DNA of 64,000 nt from Escherichia coli (GTDB lineage: Bacteria; Pseudomonadota; Gammaproteobacteria; Enterobacterales; Enterobacteriaceae), in NCBI RefSeq assembly GCF_003334385.1, contig NZ_QOWN01000024.1; one strand, given 5' to 3'. Positions 32,796 to 47,445 of this stretch are shown here, piece after piece. The notes under the pieces were generated by a model. It was given only the letters and a program-made list of their open reading frames with translations. It searched no databases and was not told the origin of the DNA. Every line of letters begins with the position of its first letter. Position 1 is the stretch's first letter. The translations under genes were made by a program, and so were the position numbers.

Positions 32796-35700
32796 TTACA
32801 CCTTTTCCACATTCACAAGGAAGGACTTAAACTCCGGCGTCTGCGTGTTCGCATCACCAACGAATGGCGTTAAAGTATTGGCAATAAAGCCTTTTTTAGC
32901 TACGCCTTCATAGCCCCAGTGAATCGGAATACCGATGGTATCGATATCTTTGCCGTTCGCTTTCAGCGTGCGAATACGTTTGGTCACCACCGCTTTGGCT
33001 TTGATATAGCCACGGTTGGAGGAGACTTTCACGGTATCGCCCTGGGCAATGCCAAGTTTATTCGCCAGCGACTCCCCGATTTCCACAAACTGCTCTGGCT
33101 GCAAAATCGCGTTCAACAGCGCGTGTTTGGTCCAGTAGTGGAAGTGCTCGGTCAGACGATAGGTGGTTCCGACATACGGGAACTTATCGGCTTTACCCAA
33201 TGCTTCGGCGTCGTCTTTAAAGATACGTGCAGCCGGGTTCGAGATAACGTTTGGATGCAGCGGGTTAGTTCCCAGCGGCGTTTCAAACGGCTCGTAGTGT
33301 TCCGGGAACGGACCTTCCGCCATCTTATCGAGGGCAAACAGACGCCCCATGCCTTCCTGCTGCATGATAAACGGCCCGACGCCGCTACCCGGAGGCGCTG
33401 CGCTGTAGTCCGGAATATCCCAGCCGGTCCACTTAGTGCCGTCCCATTTCAGCAACTGACGCTTCGGATCCCACGGGTTACCCTGCGGATCTGCGGAGGC
33501 GCGGTTATACAGAATGCGGCGGTTAAGCGGCCATGCCCATGCCCAGCCCAGCGTGTTACCGAGGCCAGACGGATCGGCGTTATCACGGCGTGCCATCTGG
33601 TTGCCTTCCGGCGTCCAGCTACCGGCGAAAATCCAGCAGCCACAGGAGGTTGTACCGTCATCGCGCAATTGGGCGAACGAACTAAGTTGTTGGCCTTTCT
33701 TGACGATAACCGCACCGGTTGCCGGATCGGTAATATCGGCCAGCGCCTTACCGTTGCTCTCCATCGCCACTTCTTCTGAAGATGGCTCATGCGGAATGGC
33801 GTAGTTCCATGTCATGTTCAGCACCTGGTCCGGGTTCGCGCCACCCCGTTCGGCATACATCTTGCGCAAGCGCAGGAAGATACCGGAGAGGATCTCGCCG
33901 TCAGTCAGCGCAATCCCCGGGGCGTCCGCACCTTTCCAGTGCCACTGTAACCAGCGACCTGAGTTAACGATAGAACCGTTCTCTTCCGCGAAGCAGGTCG
34001 ATGGCAGACGGAACACTTCGGTCTGGATCTTCGACGAGTCAACTTCGTTCAGCTCACCGTGGTTCTGCCAGAAGTTAGAGGTTTCAGTGTTCAGTGGGTC
34101 GATGGTGACGAGGAACTTCAGTTTCGACAGACAACCGATCACTTTGTTTTTGTTCGGGAATGAGGCAACAGGGTTAAAGCCCTGGCAGATATAGCCATTG
34201 ACCTTGCCCTCTTTCATCATCTCGAAGTATTGCAGGACGTCGTAGCCTTTATCCCACTTCGGCAACCAGTCAAAGCCCCAGCTATTTTCCGCCGTCGCTT
34301 TATCACCAAAGAAGGCCTTCATCATAGAGACGAAGAATTTCGGGTAGTTGCCCCAGTAGTTTACCTGGCCTTCCAGCAGCGGTTTTGGCGTGTTGGCGGT
34401 AAGGTAGGTTTGCAGATCGGTCTGCTTCTCGCTTGGCAGCGTCATGTAACCTGGCAGGCTCTGCGACAGCAGCCCCAGGTCCGTCAGCCCCTGAATATTG
34501 GAGTGACCGCGCAGGGCGTTAACGCCGCCGCCTGCCATCCCCATATTGCCGAGCAGCAGCTGGATCATCGCCATCGTACGAATGTTTTGCGCACCAACGG
34601 AGTGTTGCGTCCAGCCGAGGGCATACAGGAACGAGGCAGTTTTATCGTGAGCACTGGTTTCTGCGATGTATTCGCAGACTTTCAGGAACGCGTCTTTTGG
34701 CGTACCACAGATGTTTTCAACCACATCTGGCGTGTAGCGGGAAACGTGCTGTTTCAGCAAGTTCCACACGCAGCGCGGATGTTGCAGCGTGGTATCGCGT
34801 TTGGCGAAGCCGTTTTCGTCCAGTTCATAAGTCCAGGAGGATTTATCGTACTTGCGTTTTTCCGCGTCGTAGCCGGTGAACAGGCCATCTTCAAAGCCGT
34901 AATCCTCACGCACGATCAGGCTGGCGTTGGTATAGGCTTCGGTGTATTCGCGGTTGAATTTTTCATTGTTCAGCAGGTACAGCAATACGCCTGACAGGAA
35001 AGCAATGTCAGTACCGGAACGAATAGGGGCATAGTAGTCAGCTACCGCCGCCGTACGCGTAAAGCGAGGATCGATCACAATCAGTTTCGCGCCGTTGTGA
35101 ATTTTGGCTTCCATCGCCCAGCGGAACCCGACCGGGTGAGCTTCAGCGGCGTTACCGCCCATCACCACGACGAGGTTGGCGTTCTTGATGTCGACCCAGT
35201 GGTTGGTCATCGCACCGCGACCAAATGTTGGAGCAAGACTTGCTACCGTTGGTCCGTGTCAGACACGCGCCTGGTTGTCGACCGCGAGCATACCCAGCGC
35301 GCGGGAGAATTTTTGCGTTAAATAGCCGGTTTCGTTACTCGACGCGGAAGCACACAGCATCCCGGTGGAGAGCCAGCGGTTAACAGTCACGCCTTCGGCG
35401 TTTTGCGCAATGTAGTTAGCATCGCGGTCTTCTTTCATCAGTTTGGCGATGCGATCAAACGCCTCTTCCCAACTGATTTGCTGCCATTTATCAGAACCTG
35501 GCGCACGGTATTCCGGAAACTTCAGACGGCTTTCGGAGTGGATGAAATCCACCAGGCCAGCGCCTTTCGGACAAAGTGCACCGCGGTTGACCGGGTGATC
35601 CGGATCGCCTTCGATATGGAAGATAGATGCTTTGGCGTTTTTTGCTCCGTCACCGAGGCTGTACATCAACAGCCCACAGCCTACGGAACAATAGGTGCAG

Positions 35701-35846
35701 GTATTACGGGTTTCGCGGGTGCGCAGCAGTTTATACTGCCGGGTTTCCGCGAGTGCTACGCTGGGTGCAAAACCCAGTGCCGCTGCCGTGGTGCCTGCCA
35801 TACCGCCAGCGCAGATCTTAAAGAACTGCCTTCTGCTGACCTGCAT
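32796..35846 (-). CDS. fdoG: formate dehydrogenase-O catalytic subunit (selenocysteine, molybdopterin)
   Basis: ORFs 35259..35846 (Tat signal MQVSRRQFFKICAGGMAGTTAAALGFAPSVALA) and 32796..35210 lie in one frame, joined across in-frame TGA at 35259-35261 (..ARV-U-HGPTVASLAPTFGRGAMTNHW..); 1016 codons total. Confidence 0.93.
35211..35261 (-). other. in-frame UGA selenocysteine codon and adjacent SECIS region of fdoG
   Basis: TGA (plus-strand tca at 35259-35261) within continuous FdoG coding sequence; bacterial SECIS hairpin expected immediately 3' on the mRNA. Confidence 0.7.
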
Positions 35847-36039
35847 GGATTGCTCCTTGTTTCGACATTGTCACGTCCCATTTACATTCGCTTGCTGCGT
35901 GTGCAGGGAGTGGGAGTTATTTTTCTTTGCGGAAGGGGCCGCAAAGGTCCAGAATTGGCTCAATTTCCCTCCATCCAGGAAGGGTTTGTAACAGAATACC
36001 ATAATGTTGGTGTGTGTGTTCTTATCTGGTTAAGAGAAA

Positions 36040-36873
36040 GTGAAAAAAACACAGCGAAAAGAAATCGAAAATGTGACAAATATCACAGGTGTTCGTCAAA
36101 TTGAGTTATGGCGGCGTGATGATTTACAACACCCACGGTTAGATGAGGTCGCGGAAGAAGTTCCCGTTGCGCTGGTCTACAACGGCATTTCGCATGTGGT
36201 GATGATGGCGTCGCCCAAAGACCTTGAGTACTTTGCGCTCGGTTTTTCGCTTTCCGAGGGGATTATCGAAAGTCCGCGCGATATCTTCGGCATGGATGTC
36301 GTTCCTTCCTGTAATGGTCTTGAAGTACAAATTGAGCTTTCCAGCCGCCGCTTTATGGGGTTGAAGGAGCGCCGCCGGGCGCTGGCGGGACGTACGGGCT
36401 GTGGCGTATGCGGCGTGGAGCAACTTAATGACATCGGAAAACCGGTGCAGCCGCTACCGTTCACCCAGACGTTTGATCTCAACAAACTGGATGATGCATT
36501 ACGTCATCTCAACGATTTTCAGCCAGTGGGGCAACTGACTGGTTGTACTCACGCCGCTGCCTGGATGTTGCCATCTGGCGAACTGGTCGGCGGGCATGAA
36601 GACGTGGGTCGCCATGTGGCGCTGGACAAACTGTTAGGCCGCCGGTCACAAGAAGGGGAAAGCTGGCAGCAAGGTGCGGTACTGGTTTCCAGTCGTGCCA
36701 GTTATGAAATGGTGCAAAAGTCGGCGATGTGCGGCGTAGAGATTTTGTTTGCGGTGTCTGCCGCGACCACGCTTGCTGTAGAAGTGGCTGAGCGCTGTAA
36801 TCTGACACTGGTAGGTTTTTGTAAACCGGGTCGGGCAACGGTTTATACCCATCCGCAGCGTTTGAGCAATTAA
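36040..36873 (+). CDS. fdhD: sulfurtransferase FdhD (formate dehydrogenase maturation)
   Basis: 277-aa ORF with GTG start [26 protein letters not shown]; divergent from fdoG. Confidence 0.93.
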
Positions 36874-37025
36874 TTAAAATAAGTCCTGCGAAATATATTA
36901 AATTGCAGGACTTATTCATTTCGTGAATTTTATTATTTTATTTATAAACAAAATGCGTGTAGTGGCGTTTTCTTTTTTCATTTATTATGTTCACTCTCTT
37001 ATCTATATATTTATAAGGCAATTAA

Positions 37026-38081
37026 ATGAAAAGGAATTTATTATCTTCCGCTATTATAGTCGCCATCATGTCCCTCGGTCTGACGGGTTGTGATGATAAA
37101 AAAGCCGAAACAGAAACGCTCCCGCCTGCCAATAGTCAACCTGCCGCACCAGCTCCTGAAGCGAAACCTACTGAAGCTCCCGTTGCAAAAGCAGAAGCTA
37201 AACCTGAAACACCTGCGCAACCGGTGGTCGATGAACAAGCGGTTTTCGACGAAAAAATGGATGTCTATATCAAGTGCTACAACAAGTTACAGATCCCGGT
37301 ACAGCGCAGTCTGGCGCGTTATGCTGACTGGCTGAAAGATTTTAAACAGGGGCCTACCGGTGAAGAGCGTACTGTTTATGGCATCTACGGCATTAGTGAA
37401 TCCAACCTCGCTGAGTGTGAAAAAGGCGTAAAAAGTGCTGTGGCGTTAACGCCTGCGCTGCAACCAATTGATGGCGTGGCGGTGAGTTATATCGATGCTG
37501 CCGTGGCGTTGGGTAATACCATTAACGAAATGGATAAATATTACACCCAGGAAAATTATAAAGACGATGCGTTTGCGAAAGGGAAAACGCTGCACCAGAC
37601 ATTCTTAAAAAATCTGGAAGCCTTTGAACCTGTAGCCGAATCTTATCATGCGGCGATTCAGGAAATTAATGATAAGCGTCAGCTTGCGGAACTGAAAAAT
37701 ATTGAAGAAAGAGAAGGGAAAACATTCCACTACTACTCTCTGGCAGTCATGATTTCAGCGAAACAAATTAATAACCTGATATCGCAAGATAAGTTTGATG
37801 CAGAAGCGGCAATGAAGAAAGTGTCTGAACTGGAAACGCTGGTGGCGCAGGCCAAAGAAGCGGATAAAGGCGGCATGAATTTCTCGTTTATTAATTCGGC
37901 AGGCCAGTATCAACTCGAGGCTAAAAAATACGTTCGCCGCATCAGAGATAAAGTCCCGTACTCTGACTGGGATAAAGAGCAACTTCAGGACGCAAACTCA
38001 AGCTGGATGGTCGAAGACTCTTTCCCGAGAGCATTACGCGAGTACAACGAAATGGTTGATGACTATAATAGCCTGCGTTAA
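37026..38081 (+). CDS. yiiG: putative lipoprotein YiiG (DUF3829)
   Basis: 351-aa ORF; lipobox LTGC after signal peptide MKRNLLSSAIIVAIMSLGLTGC; Pro/Ala-rich linker. Confidence 0.88.
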   Translation: MKRNLLSSAIIVAIMSLGLTGCDDKKAETETLPPANSQPAAPAPEAKPTEAPVAKAEAKPETPAQPVVDEQAVFDEKMDVYIKCYNKLQIPVQRSLARYADWLKDFKQGPTGEERTVYGIYGISESNLAECEKGVKSAVALTPALQPIDGVAVSYIDAAVALGNTINEMDKYYTQENYKDDAFAKGKTLHQTFLKNLEAFEPVAESYHAAIQEINDKRQLAELKNIEEREGKTFHYYSLAVMISAKQINNLISQDKFDAEAAMKKVSELETLVAQAKEADKGGMNFSFINSAGQYQLEAKKYVRRIRDKVPYSDWDKEQLQDANSSWMVEDSFPRALREYNEMVDDYNSLR

Positions 38082-38102
38082 ACGTTTTTGATGATAAATG
38101 CA

Positions 38103-38127
38103 GTGTCGGATGCGGCGCATCCGACAC
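38103..38127. terminator. bidirectional hairpin between convergent yiiG and the frvR-derived ORF
   Basis: Perfect palindrome gtgtcggatgcggcgcatccgacac. Confidence 0.6.
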
Positions 38128-38130
38128 AGT

Positions 38131-39636
38131 TCACCCCTTGTGAAGTAACTCCATAAATGCCTCATATCCTGTTAACCCGGCAATAACCTCTGCCGGATGC
38201 TGACACAATACGCTTGCCAGATAGCTGAATATTTTCAACTCGTGACGCGCATCGGCGGCGGCGCAGGCGATCAAGACATGGTTAATGACTTCGTTATTCA
38301 CCTCAACTGGTTGGGCGAGGGTAATAAAAAATCCACGAAAACGTCGCTCCTGTTCGCTCCAGCAATGTGGGATGGCGAGGCGATTAACAATCAGGTTTTC
38401 ACCTTCGCCTTCGCGGGCGATGATCCGTTGCGCTTCATCGGCGGTAATATGGTGTTGTGCCACTAATTGCGCACAAATTTGCCGGGTAATATGTTGCCAG
38501 CTTTCACCGCGTACATTCGAATAATGAAAACTTCCGGGGGCAGAGAAAAAACGCTCCGGTTGCTGGCGAATAAATGCCGTCGCCAGAAAATGTTTTATTT
38601 GTTCGATACCGGCAGCCGTAATGATATTTTTTACGGTGATGTAATTATTGACCGCGTCATCCAGTAAATAATGGCTGTTGTTAATGATCAATAACGGCTC
38701 AATCTCTTCGCGAATGGCAACAAGTTCGCTTAAGCTACGGGCAATAATCACCCGACAATGTAAAACATCGCGCTCAATGGCGAGCTGATTAATGGTGGCA
38801 ATCGCGTTCTGGTCCGAGAGCAAAATGATCGGCTGGCGTTCGTTTTGATGCCGCTCCAGCGCACAGGCAAAATACAAACCGATCAGATCGCTGTCGAAAA
38901 GGGGAATATCGAGCTGTTCACGCAGTAGCGTAATAAAGTGCAGACTCATATCAAAGGCCGCAGGCCAGGCGGCTTTCAGGTTATTCATGCTGCTCTGGCG
39001 GTGCTCAGCAATCCACACTGGTGCGGCAAGGCAACGTAATAAATGCCCGGTAATATTCTCAACCAGCTGCGCATCAATAATATTCAATGACGCGATGCCC
39101 GGCACCCTTTGCAGCAACCCCTGCACATTATCGGCTGAAATTACCTGCGCTTGCTGATGCTGTTTCTCTATCAAACCCGTCAGGGTTCTTACAGCGTTAT
39201 CACCAAGAAACAGACCGCTATGTTCAACGATTTGTTTTATCTCGTCACCGGGATATTGCGGCCACTCATCGGTCAGTTGATTACGCAGGGCGTAAATCGC
39301 CAGAATCAGGCTGGAGAGATAATCACCCTGCATGAGCGGCCAGCGGTGTTGGTTGTCGCAGGCCGTGGATAAATGCTGAAGGTTGTCTCGTGTTATGCCC
39401 GCCAGCGGAATTAAAAACGGATCTTTGCGCAGCAAGTTCGCCAGCAAGATAACGCGTTTCTCTTCTTCTACCATGGCAAACAGCAGATTACGCGCTTTGT
39501 CGAGATAGATGGCGTAGTTATGCGCACCGTGAGATTTCAGCACTGCTTCCAGTTCTGGCCAGATGGGATTATGCCGACGCTGATACTCTTCGTGGGCGTC
39601 GGGGTTTACCTGCATGACAAAGGCTTTGCGGATCAT
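38131..39636 (-). CDS. chimeric ORF: RhaM (L-rhamnose mutarotase) N-terminal ~57 aa fused in frame to the C-terminal ~444 aa of an FrvR-like regulator
   Basis: Starts [57 protein letters not shown] (RhaM N-terminus, SD GGAG overlapping rhaD stop); continues [17 protein letters not shown]... to a stop convergent with yiiG, where frvR ends in K-12. Confidence 0.7.
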   Translation of the reverse strand: MIRKAFVMQVNPDAHEEYQRRHNPIWPELEAVLKSHGAHNYAIYLDKARNLLFAMVEEEKRVILLANLLRKDPFLIPLAGITRDNLQHLSTACDNQHRWPLMQGDYLSSLILAIYALRNQLTDEWPQYPGDEIKQIVEHSGLFLGDNAVRTLTGLIEKQHQQAQVISADNVQGLLQRVPGIASLNIIDAQLVENITGHLLRCLAAPVWIAEHRQSSMNNLKAAWPAAFDMSLHFITLLREQLDIPLFDSDLIGLYFACALERHQNERQPIILLSDQNAIATINQLAIERDVLHCRVIIARSLSELVAIREEIEPLLIINNSHYLLDDAVNNYITVKNIITAAGIEQIKHFLATAFIRQQPERFFSAPGSFHYSNVRGESWQHITRQICAQLVAQHHITADEAQRIIAREGEGENLIVNRLAIPHCWSEQERRFRGFFITLAQPVEVNNEVINHVLIACAAADARHELKIFSYLASVLCQHPAEVIAGLTGYEAFMELLHKG

Positions 39637-39645
39637 GTTTGCTCC

Positions 39646-40471
39646 TTACAGCGCCAGCGCACTGGCGAGTGGCGTAACGCCGAAACGCTTGCCGAGCGCT
39701 ATCAACTCTTCACGGCTGATGGTCTGTTTCATGCCGCCCATCGAATAAACCTTCACTAATACTTGTGCTGATTTTTCTGCGGTGTCGATTAAACCGAAGA
39801 TTTCATCCAGCGTCGGTCCGCTGCCGAAGACGCCGTGGAAGGGCCACAACACCAGCGAATGTTTTTGCATCTCTTGTGCGGTCGCCTGGCCGATTTCGTC
39901 CGTGCCGGGCACCATCCACGGCAAAATGCCAACGCCATCCGGGAATACCACCAGACACTCGGTGCTGCCTTCCCACAGTTGGCGAGTGAAGACCGCGGTG
40001 TCGTTTTCAAGTACATAGGTGAGGGCGGATCAGGTTGGTGGCGTGGCAGTGCATGATCACCCGATCTTTGCCGTTGGTGGCTTTAATGCGCTCGCAGTGG
40101 GAAAGGAAGTGAGCCGGAAGTTCGGAAGTGGGGACGGCTTCGTTGGTTAACCCCCAAAGAATGTGGTAGCCCGCGCCGTCGCTGTCGACTTTTACGATGC
40201 CTAAGTTAGCCGCAGGATCAAGCTGGACGTTACGGAAGAATTTGCCCGAGCCGGTGACAATAAACGGTGTATTTGCCAGTAAAGGCATGGGCTGGCTGAG
40301 CGGGATATAGCGCGGTTGTTGGTGGAAATTGTCGTGATATGGTGCGATATCGGCGTCATCCAGGCGTAGCGTCAGGTTGCCGCCGTTGCGCTCATCCCAG
40401 CCTTTCAGCCAGGCGTCGGTGGTGGCTTTGATCATTCCCTGGACAAACCAGGACTGAGTAATGTTTTGCAT
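39646..40471 (-). pseudogene. rhaD: rhamnulose-1-phosphate aldolase, disrupted by +1 frameshift
   Basis: N-terminal frame from ATG 40471 ([32 protein letters not shown]...HCHATNLI) runs into RPHLCT-stop at 40007; the C-terminal 101 aa (..[21 protein letters not shown]...[11 protein letters not shown]) are in another frame (39646..39951). Span is 826 nt versus the 825 expected. Confidence 0.8.
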
Positions 40472-40510
40472 GTTCTGTGTTCCTGTAAATTCGGTGTTGT
40501 CGGATGCACG

Positions 40511-40735
40511 ACCCGTAGGCCGGATAAGGCGCTCGCGCCGCATCCGGCAATCAATGCCTGATGCGACGCTGTCGCGTCTTATCAGGCCTACAACTATTGC
40601 CGACCTGTAGGCCGGATAAGGCACTTGTGCCGCATCCGGCAATCAATGCCTGATGCGACGCTGTCGCGTCTTATCAGGCCTACAACTGTTGCCGACCCGT
40701 AGGCCGGATAAGGCGCTCGCGCCGCATCCGGCAGT
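40511..40735. repeat. BIME array: about 2.5 tandem copies of a ~100-bp REP-containing unit
   Basis: Unit gtaggccggataaggcgctcgcgccgcatccggcaatcaatgcctgatgcgacgctgtcgcgtcttatcaggcctacaac(t/a)(a/g)ttgccgac repeated between rhaA stop and rhaD start. Confidence 0.9.
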
Positions 40736-40737
40736 GT

Positions 40738-43750
<3,013 letters not shown>

Positions 43751-44587
43751 ATGACCGTATTACATAGTGTGGATTTTTTTCCGTCTGGTAACGCGTCCGT
43801 GGCGATAGAACCCCGGCTCCCGCAGGCGGATTTTCCTGAACATCATCATGATTTTCATGAAATTGTGATTGTCGAACATGGCACGGGTATTCATGTGTTT
43901 AATGGGCAGCCCTATACCATCACCGGTGGCACGGTCTGTTTCGTACGCGATCATGATCGGCATCTGTATGAACATACCGATAATCTGTGTCTGACCAATG
44001 TGCTGTATCGCTCGCCGGATCGATTTCAGTTTCTCGCCGGGCTGAATCAGTTGCTGCCACAAGAGCTGGATGGGCAGTATCCGTCTCACTGGCGCGTTAA
44101 CCACAGCGTATTGCAGCAGGTGCGACAGCTGGTTGCACAGATGGAACAGCAGGAAGGGGAAAATGATTTACCCTCGACCGCCAGTCGCGAGATCTTGTTT
44201 ATGCAATTACTGCTCTTGCTGCGTAAAAGCAGTTTGCAGGAGAACCTGGAAAACAGCGCATCACGTCTCAACTTGCTTCTGGCCTGGCTGGAGGACCATT
44301 TTGCCGATGAGGTGAATTGGGATGCCGTGGCGGATCAATTTTCTCTTTCACTGCGTACGCTACATCGGCAGCTTAAGCAGCAAACGGGACTGACGCCTCA
44401 GCGATACCTGAACCGCCTGCGACTGATGAAAGCCCGACATCTGCTACGCCACAGCGAGGCCAGCGTTACTGACATCGCCTATCGCTGTGGATTCAGCGAC
44501 AGTAACCACTTTTCGACGCTTTTTCGCCGAGAGTTTAACTGGTCACCGCGTGATATTCGCCAGGGACGGGATGGCTTTCTGCAATAA
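43751..44587 (+). CDS. rhaS: AraC-family activator of rhaBAD and rhaT
   Basis: 278-aa [48 protein letters not shown]-terminal AraC HTH. Confidence 0.95.
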   Translation: MTVLHSVDFFPSGNASVAIEPRLPQADFPEHHHDFHEIVIVEHGTGIHVFNGQPYTITGGTVCFVRDHDRHLYEHTDNLCLTNVLYRSPDRFQFLAGLNQLLPQELDGQYPSHWRVNHSVLQQVRQLVAQMEQQEGENDLPSTASREILFMQLLLLLRKSSLQENLENSASRLNLLLAWLEDHFADEVNWDAVADQFSLSLRTLHRQLKQQTGLTPQRYLNRLRLMKARHLLRHSEASVTDIAYRCGFSDSNHFSTLFRREFNWSPRDIRQGRDGFLQ

Positions 44588-44660
44588 CGCGAATCTTCTC
44601 AACGTATTTGTACGCCATATTGCGAATAATCAACTTCGTTCTCTGGCCGAGGTAGCCACG

Positions 44661-45509
44661 GTGGCGCATCAGTTAAAACTTCTCAAAGATGATTTTTTTG
44701 CCAGCGACCAGCAGGCAGTCGCTGTGGCTGACCGTTATCCGCAAGATGTCTTTGCTGAACATACACATGATTTTTGTGAGCTGGTGATTGTCTGGCGCGG
44801 TAATGGCCTGCATGTACTCAACGATCGCCCTTATCGCATTACCCGTGGCGATCTCTTTTACATTCATGCTGACGATAAACACTCCTACGCTTCCGTTAAC
44901 GATCTGGTTTTGCAGAATATTATTTATTGCCCGGAGCGTCTGAAGCTGAATCTTGACTGGCAGGGGGCGATTCCGGGATTTAACGCCAGCGCAGGGCAAC
45001 CACACTGGCGCTTAGGTAGCATGGGGATGGCGCAGGCGCGGCAGGTTATCGGTCAGCTTGAGCATGAAAGTAGTCAGCATGTGCCGTTTGCTAACGAAAT
45101 GGCTGAGTTGCTGTTCGGGCAGTTGGTGATGTTGCTGAATCGCCATCGTTACACCAGTGATTCGTTGCCGCCAACATCCAGCGAAACGTTGCTGGATAAG
45201 CTGATTACCCGGCTGGCGGCTAGCCTGAAAAGTCCCTTTGCGCTGGATAAATTTTGTGATGAGGCATCGTGCAGTGAGCGCGTTTTGCGTCAGCAATTTC
45301 GCCAGCAGACTGGAATGACCATCAATCAATATCTGCGACAGGTCAGAGTGTGTCATGCGCAATATCTTCTCCAGCATAGCCGCCTGTTAATCAGTGATAT
45401 TTCGACCGAATGTGGCTTTGAAGATAGTAACTATTTTTCGGTGGTGTTTACCCGGGAAACCGGGATGACGCCCAGCCAGTGGCGTCATCTCAATTCGCAG
45501 AAAGATTAA
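44661..45509 (+). CDS. rhaR: AraC-family activator of rhaSR
   Basis: ORF 44487..45509; GTG at 44661 gives a 282-aa product ([18 protein letters not shown]); an upstream ATG at 44571 ([10 protein letters not shown], 312 aa) overlapping the rhaS stop is an alternative start. Confidence 0.85.
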   Translation: MAHQLKLLKDDFFASDQQAVAVADRYPQDVFAEHTHDFCELVIVWRGNGLHVLNDRPYRITRGDLFYIHADDKHSYASVNDLVLQNIIYCPERLKLNLDWQGAIPGFNASAGQPHWRLGSMGMAQARQVIGQLEHESSQHVPFANEMAELLFGQLVMLLNRHRYTSDSLPPTSSETLLDKLITRLAASLKSPFALDKFCDEASCSERVLRQQFRQQTGMTINQYLRQVRVCHAQYLLQHSRLLISDISTECGFEDSNYFSVVFTRETGMTPSQWRHLNSQKD

Positions 45510-46540
45510 TTCGCCATGCCGATGCCGACGATGTTAGCGGCGACAATAATCACCACACAACCGAGGCTCAACACCGTTACCGGACGGCGTCCTGCATTGT
45601 TCCACTCTTTCAGCACCAGCCCGACGATACCGCCGCACAATACATAGAAACTCATATGCAGCATCCAACTGATGTAGTCATACTGCGCCGGAATGCGGGC
45701 GTGGCCCCAGGCATAGAAAAAGAATTGCAGATACCACATCAACCCGCCCAGTGTCGAGAGTAACACATTGTGAATGATCAGCGATTTTGCCAGCGAGAAG
45801 TCGGCTTTTAGCGACAAATCCTTCACTTTTGCCAGACGAATAAAACAGAAACCGAGGTTAATGATCGCGCCGCCGCCCATGATGACAACATAGCTTGGCA
45901 GAGCGACATACAGTGGATCGACGCCAAGTGCGGCAGCGGCTTCATGCATCGGTTTTGCGGCGTTCATCGCAAAGGACATCCCGGCAGAGAAAATGCCGCA
46001 CATCACCGCCAGCACCAGCCCTTTTTTCAGATTGAACTCTTCGGCTTTAATGCCCATCTTGCGCTCTTTCAACTGCCCGGCGCGAGTTACAATCCCTACG
46101 CCAATCAGCGCCACCAGAACGCCGAGCAACGTCATGCGTCCGCCTTCGGTGCTAATCAACACATCGAAATTGCCGTTGATAATTGGCGTCATCAGCGTAC
46201 CGACAATCAACGTAATGCCAATGGCGATGCCAATTCCCATCGACATGCCGAGATAACGCATGGTCAGGCCGTAGTTGATATTACCGATCCCCCACATAGC
46301 GCCGAACAGAAAAACAGGCAGTAGCGTAGAGAGACTAAACGAGCTGTAATACGCCCAGAAATTCGGTAGTAACAGGGCGCTGATGGCCCACGGCAGAATA
46401 ATCCACGAAACAATCCCACCGACTGACCACATGGTTTCCCATGACCATTTTTTTACTTTTTTGAACGGAGCGTAAAAACAGGCTGCACTGGCCGCGCCGA
46501 TCAAATGCCAAAATATCCCCATCGTAATCGCGTTACTCAT
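45506..46540 (-). CDS. rhaT: L-rhamnose-proton symporter
   Basis: 344-aa polytopic [41 protein letters not shown]. Confidence 0.95.
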   Translation of the reverse strand: MSNAITMGIFWHLIGAASAACFYAPFKKVKKWSWETMWSVGGIVSWIILPWAISALLLPNFWAYYSSFSLSTLLPVFLFGAMWGIGNINYGLTMRYLGMSMGIGIAIGITLIVGTLMTPIINGNFDVLISTEGGRMTLLGVLVALIGVGIVTRAGQLKERKMGIKAEEFNLKKGLVLAVMCGIFSAGMSFAMNAAKPMHEAAAALGVDPLYVALPSYVVIMGGGAIINLGFCFIRLAKVKDLSLKADFSLAKSLIIHNVLLSTLGGLMWYLQFFFYAWGHARIPAQYDYISWMLHMSFYVLCGGIVGLVLKEWNNAGRRPVTVLSLGCVVIIVAANIVGIGMAN

Positions 46541-46824
46541 CTTCTTATCCTCATCATTTTTCGTCGCGTCACATCTCCGACGAGATGAGTGTAAAAATCG
46601 TGCTGTCGATTAACCTTTCGCCTGTTGCCGCTGTTGTCGATTTACTGGCAATCACGGCATTAAGTGGGTGATTTGCTTCACATCTCGGGCATTTTCCTGC
46701 AAAACCATACCCTTACGAAAAGTACGGCATTGATAATCATTTTCAATATCATTTAATTAACTATAATGAACCAACTGCTTACGCGGCATTAACAATCGGC
46801 CGCCCGACAATACTGGAGATGAAT

Positions 46825-47445
46825 ATGAGCTATACCCTGCCATCCCTGCCGTATGCTTACGATGCCCTGGAACCGCACTTCGATAAGCAGACCATGGAAA
46901 TCCACCACACCAAACACCATCAGACCTACGTAAACAACGCCAACGCGGCGCTGGAAAGCCTGCCAGAATTTGCCAACCTGCCGGTTGAAGAGCTGATCAC
47001 CAAACTGGACCAGCTGCCAGCAGACAAGAAAACCGTACTGCGCAACAACGCTGGCGGTCACGCTAACCACAGCCTGTTCTGGAAAGGTCTGAAAAAAGGC
47101 ACCACCCTGCAGGGTGACCTGAAAGCGGCTATCGAACGTGACTTCGGCTCCGTTGATAACTTCAAAGCAGAATTTGAAAAAGCGGCAGCTTCCCGCTTTG
47201 GTTCCGGCTGGGCATGGCTGGTGCTGAAAGGCGATAAACTGGCGGTGGTTTCTACTGCTAACCAGGATTCTCCGCTGATGGGTGAAGCTATTTCTGGCGC
47301 TTCCGGCTTCCCGATTATGGGCCTGGATGTGTGGGAACATGCTTACTACCTGAAATTCCAGAACCGCCGTCCGGACTACATTAAAGAGTTCTGGAACGTG
47401 GTGAACTGGGACGAAGCAGCGGCACGTTTTGCGGCGAAAAAATAA
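46825..47445 (+). CDS. sodA: manganese superoxide dismutase
   Basis: ORF 46819..47445 trimmed to [38 protein letters not shown], 206 aa; SD GGAG upstream. Confidence 0.97.
   Translation: MSYTLPSLPYAYDALEPHFDKQTMEIHHTKHHQTYVNNANAALESLPEFANLPVEELITKLDQLPADKKTVLRNNAGGHANHSLFWKGLKKGTTLQGDLKAAIERDFGSVDNFKAEFEKAAASRFGSGWAWLVLKGDKLAVVSTANQDSPLMGEAISGASGFPIMGLDVWEHAYYLKFQNRRPDYIKEFWNVVNWDEAAARFAAKK

Noticed and set aside
32919-34994. Several 250-290-aa plus-strand ORFs (32919..33779, 34230..34994) within fdoG
   Set aside because: Antisense to the continuous 1016-codon fdoG frame; no domains recognisable.
44487-44660. Longer 312- or 340-codon rhaR form overlapping the rhaS 3' end
   Set aside because: The ORF is open upstream, but I favour the GTG start at 44661 (282 aa) from memory of the reference protein; the upstream ATG at 44571 remains a possible alternative and is noted in the feature.
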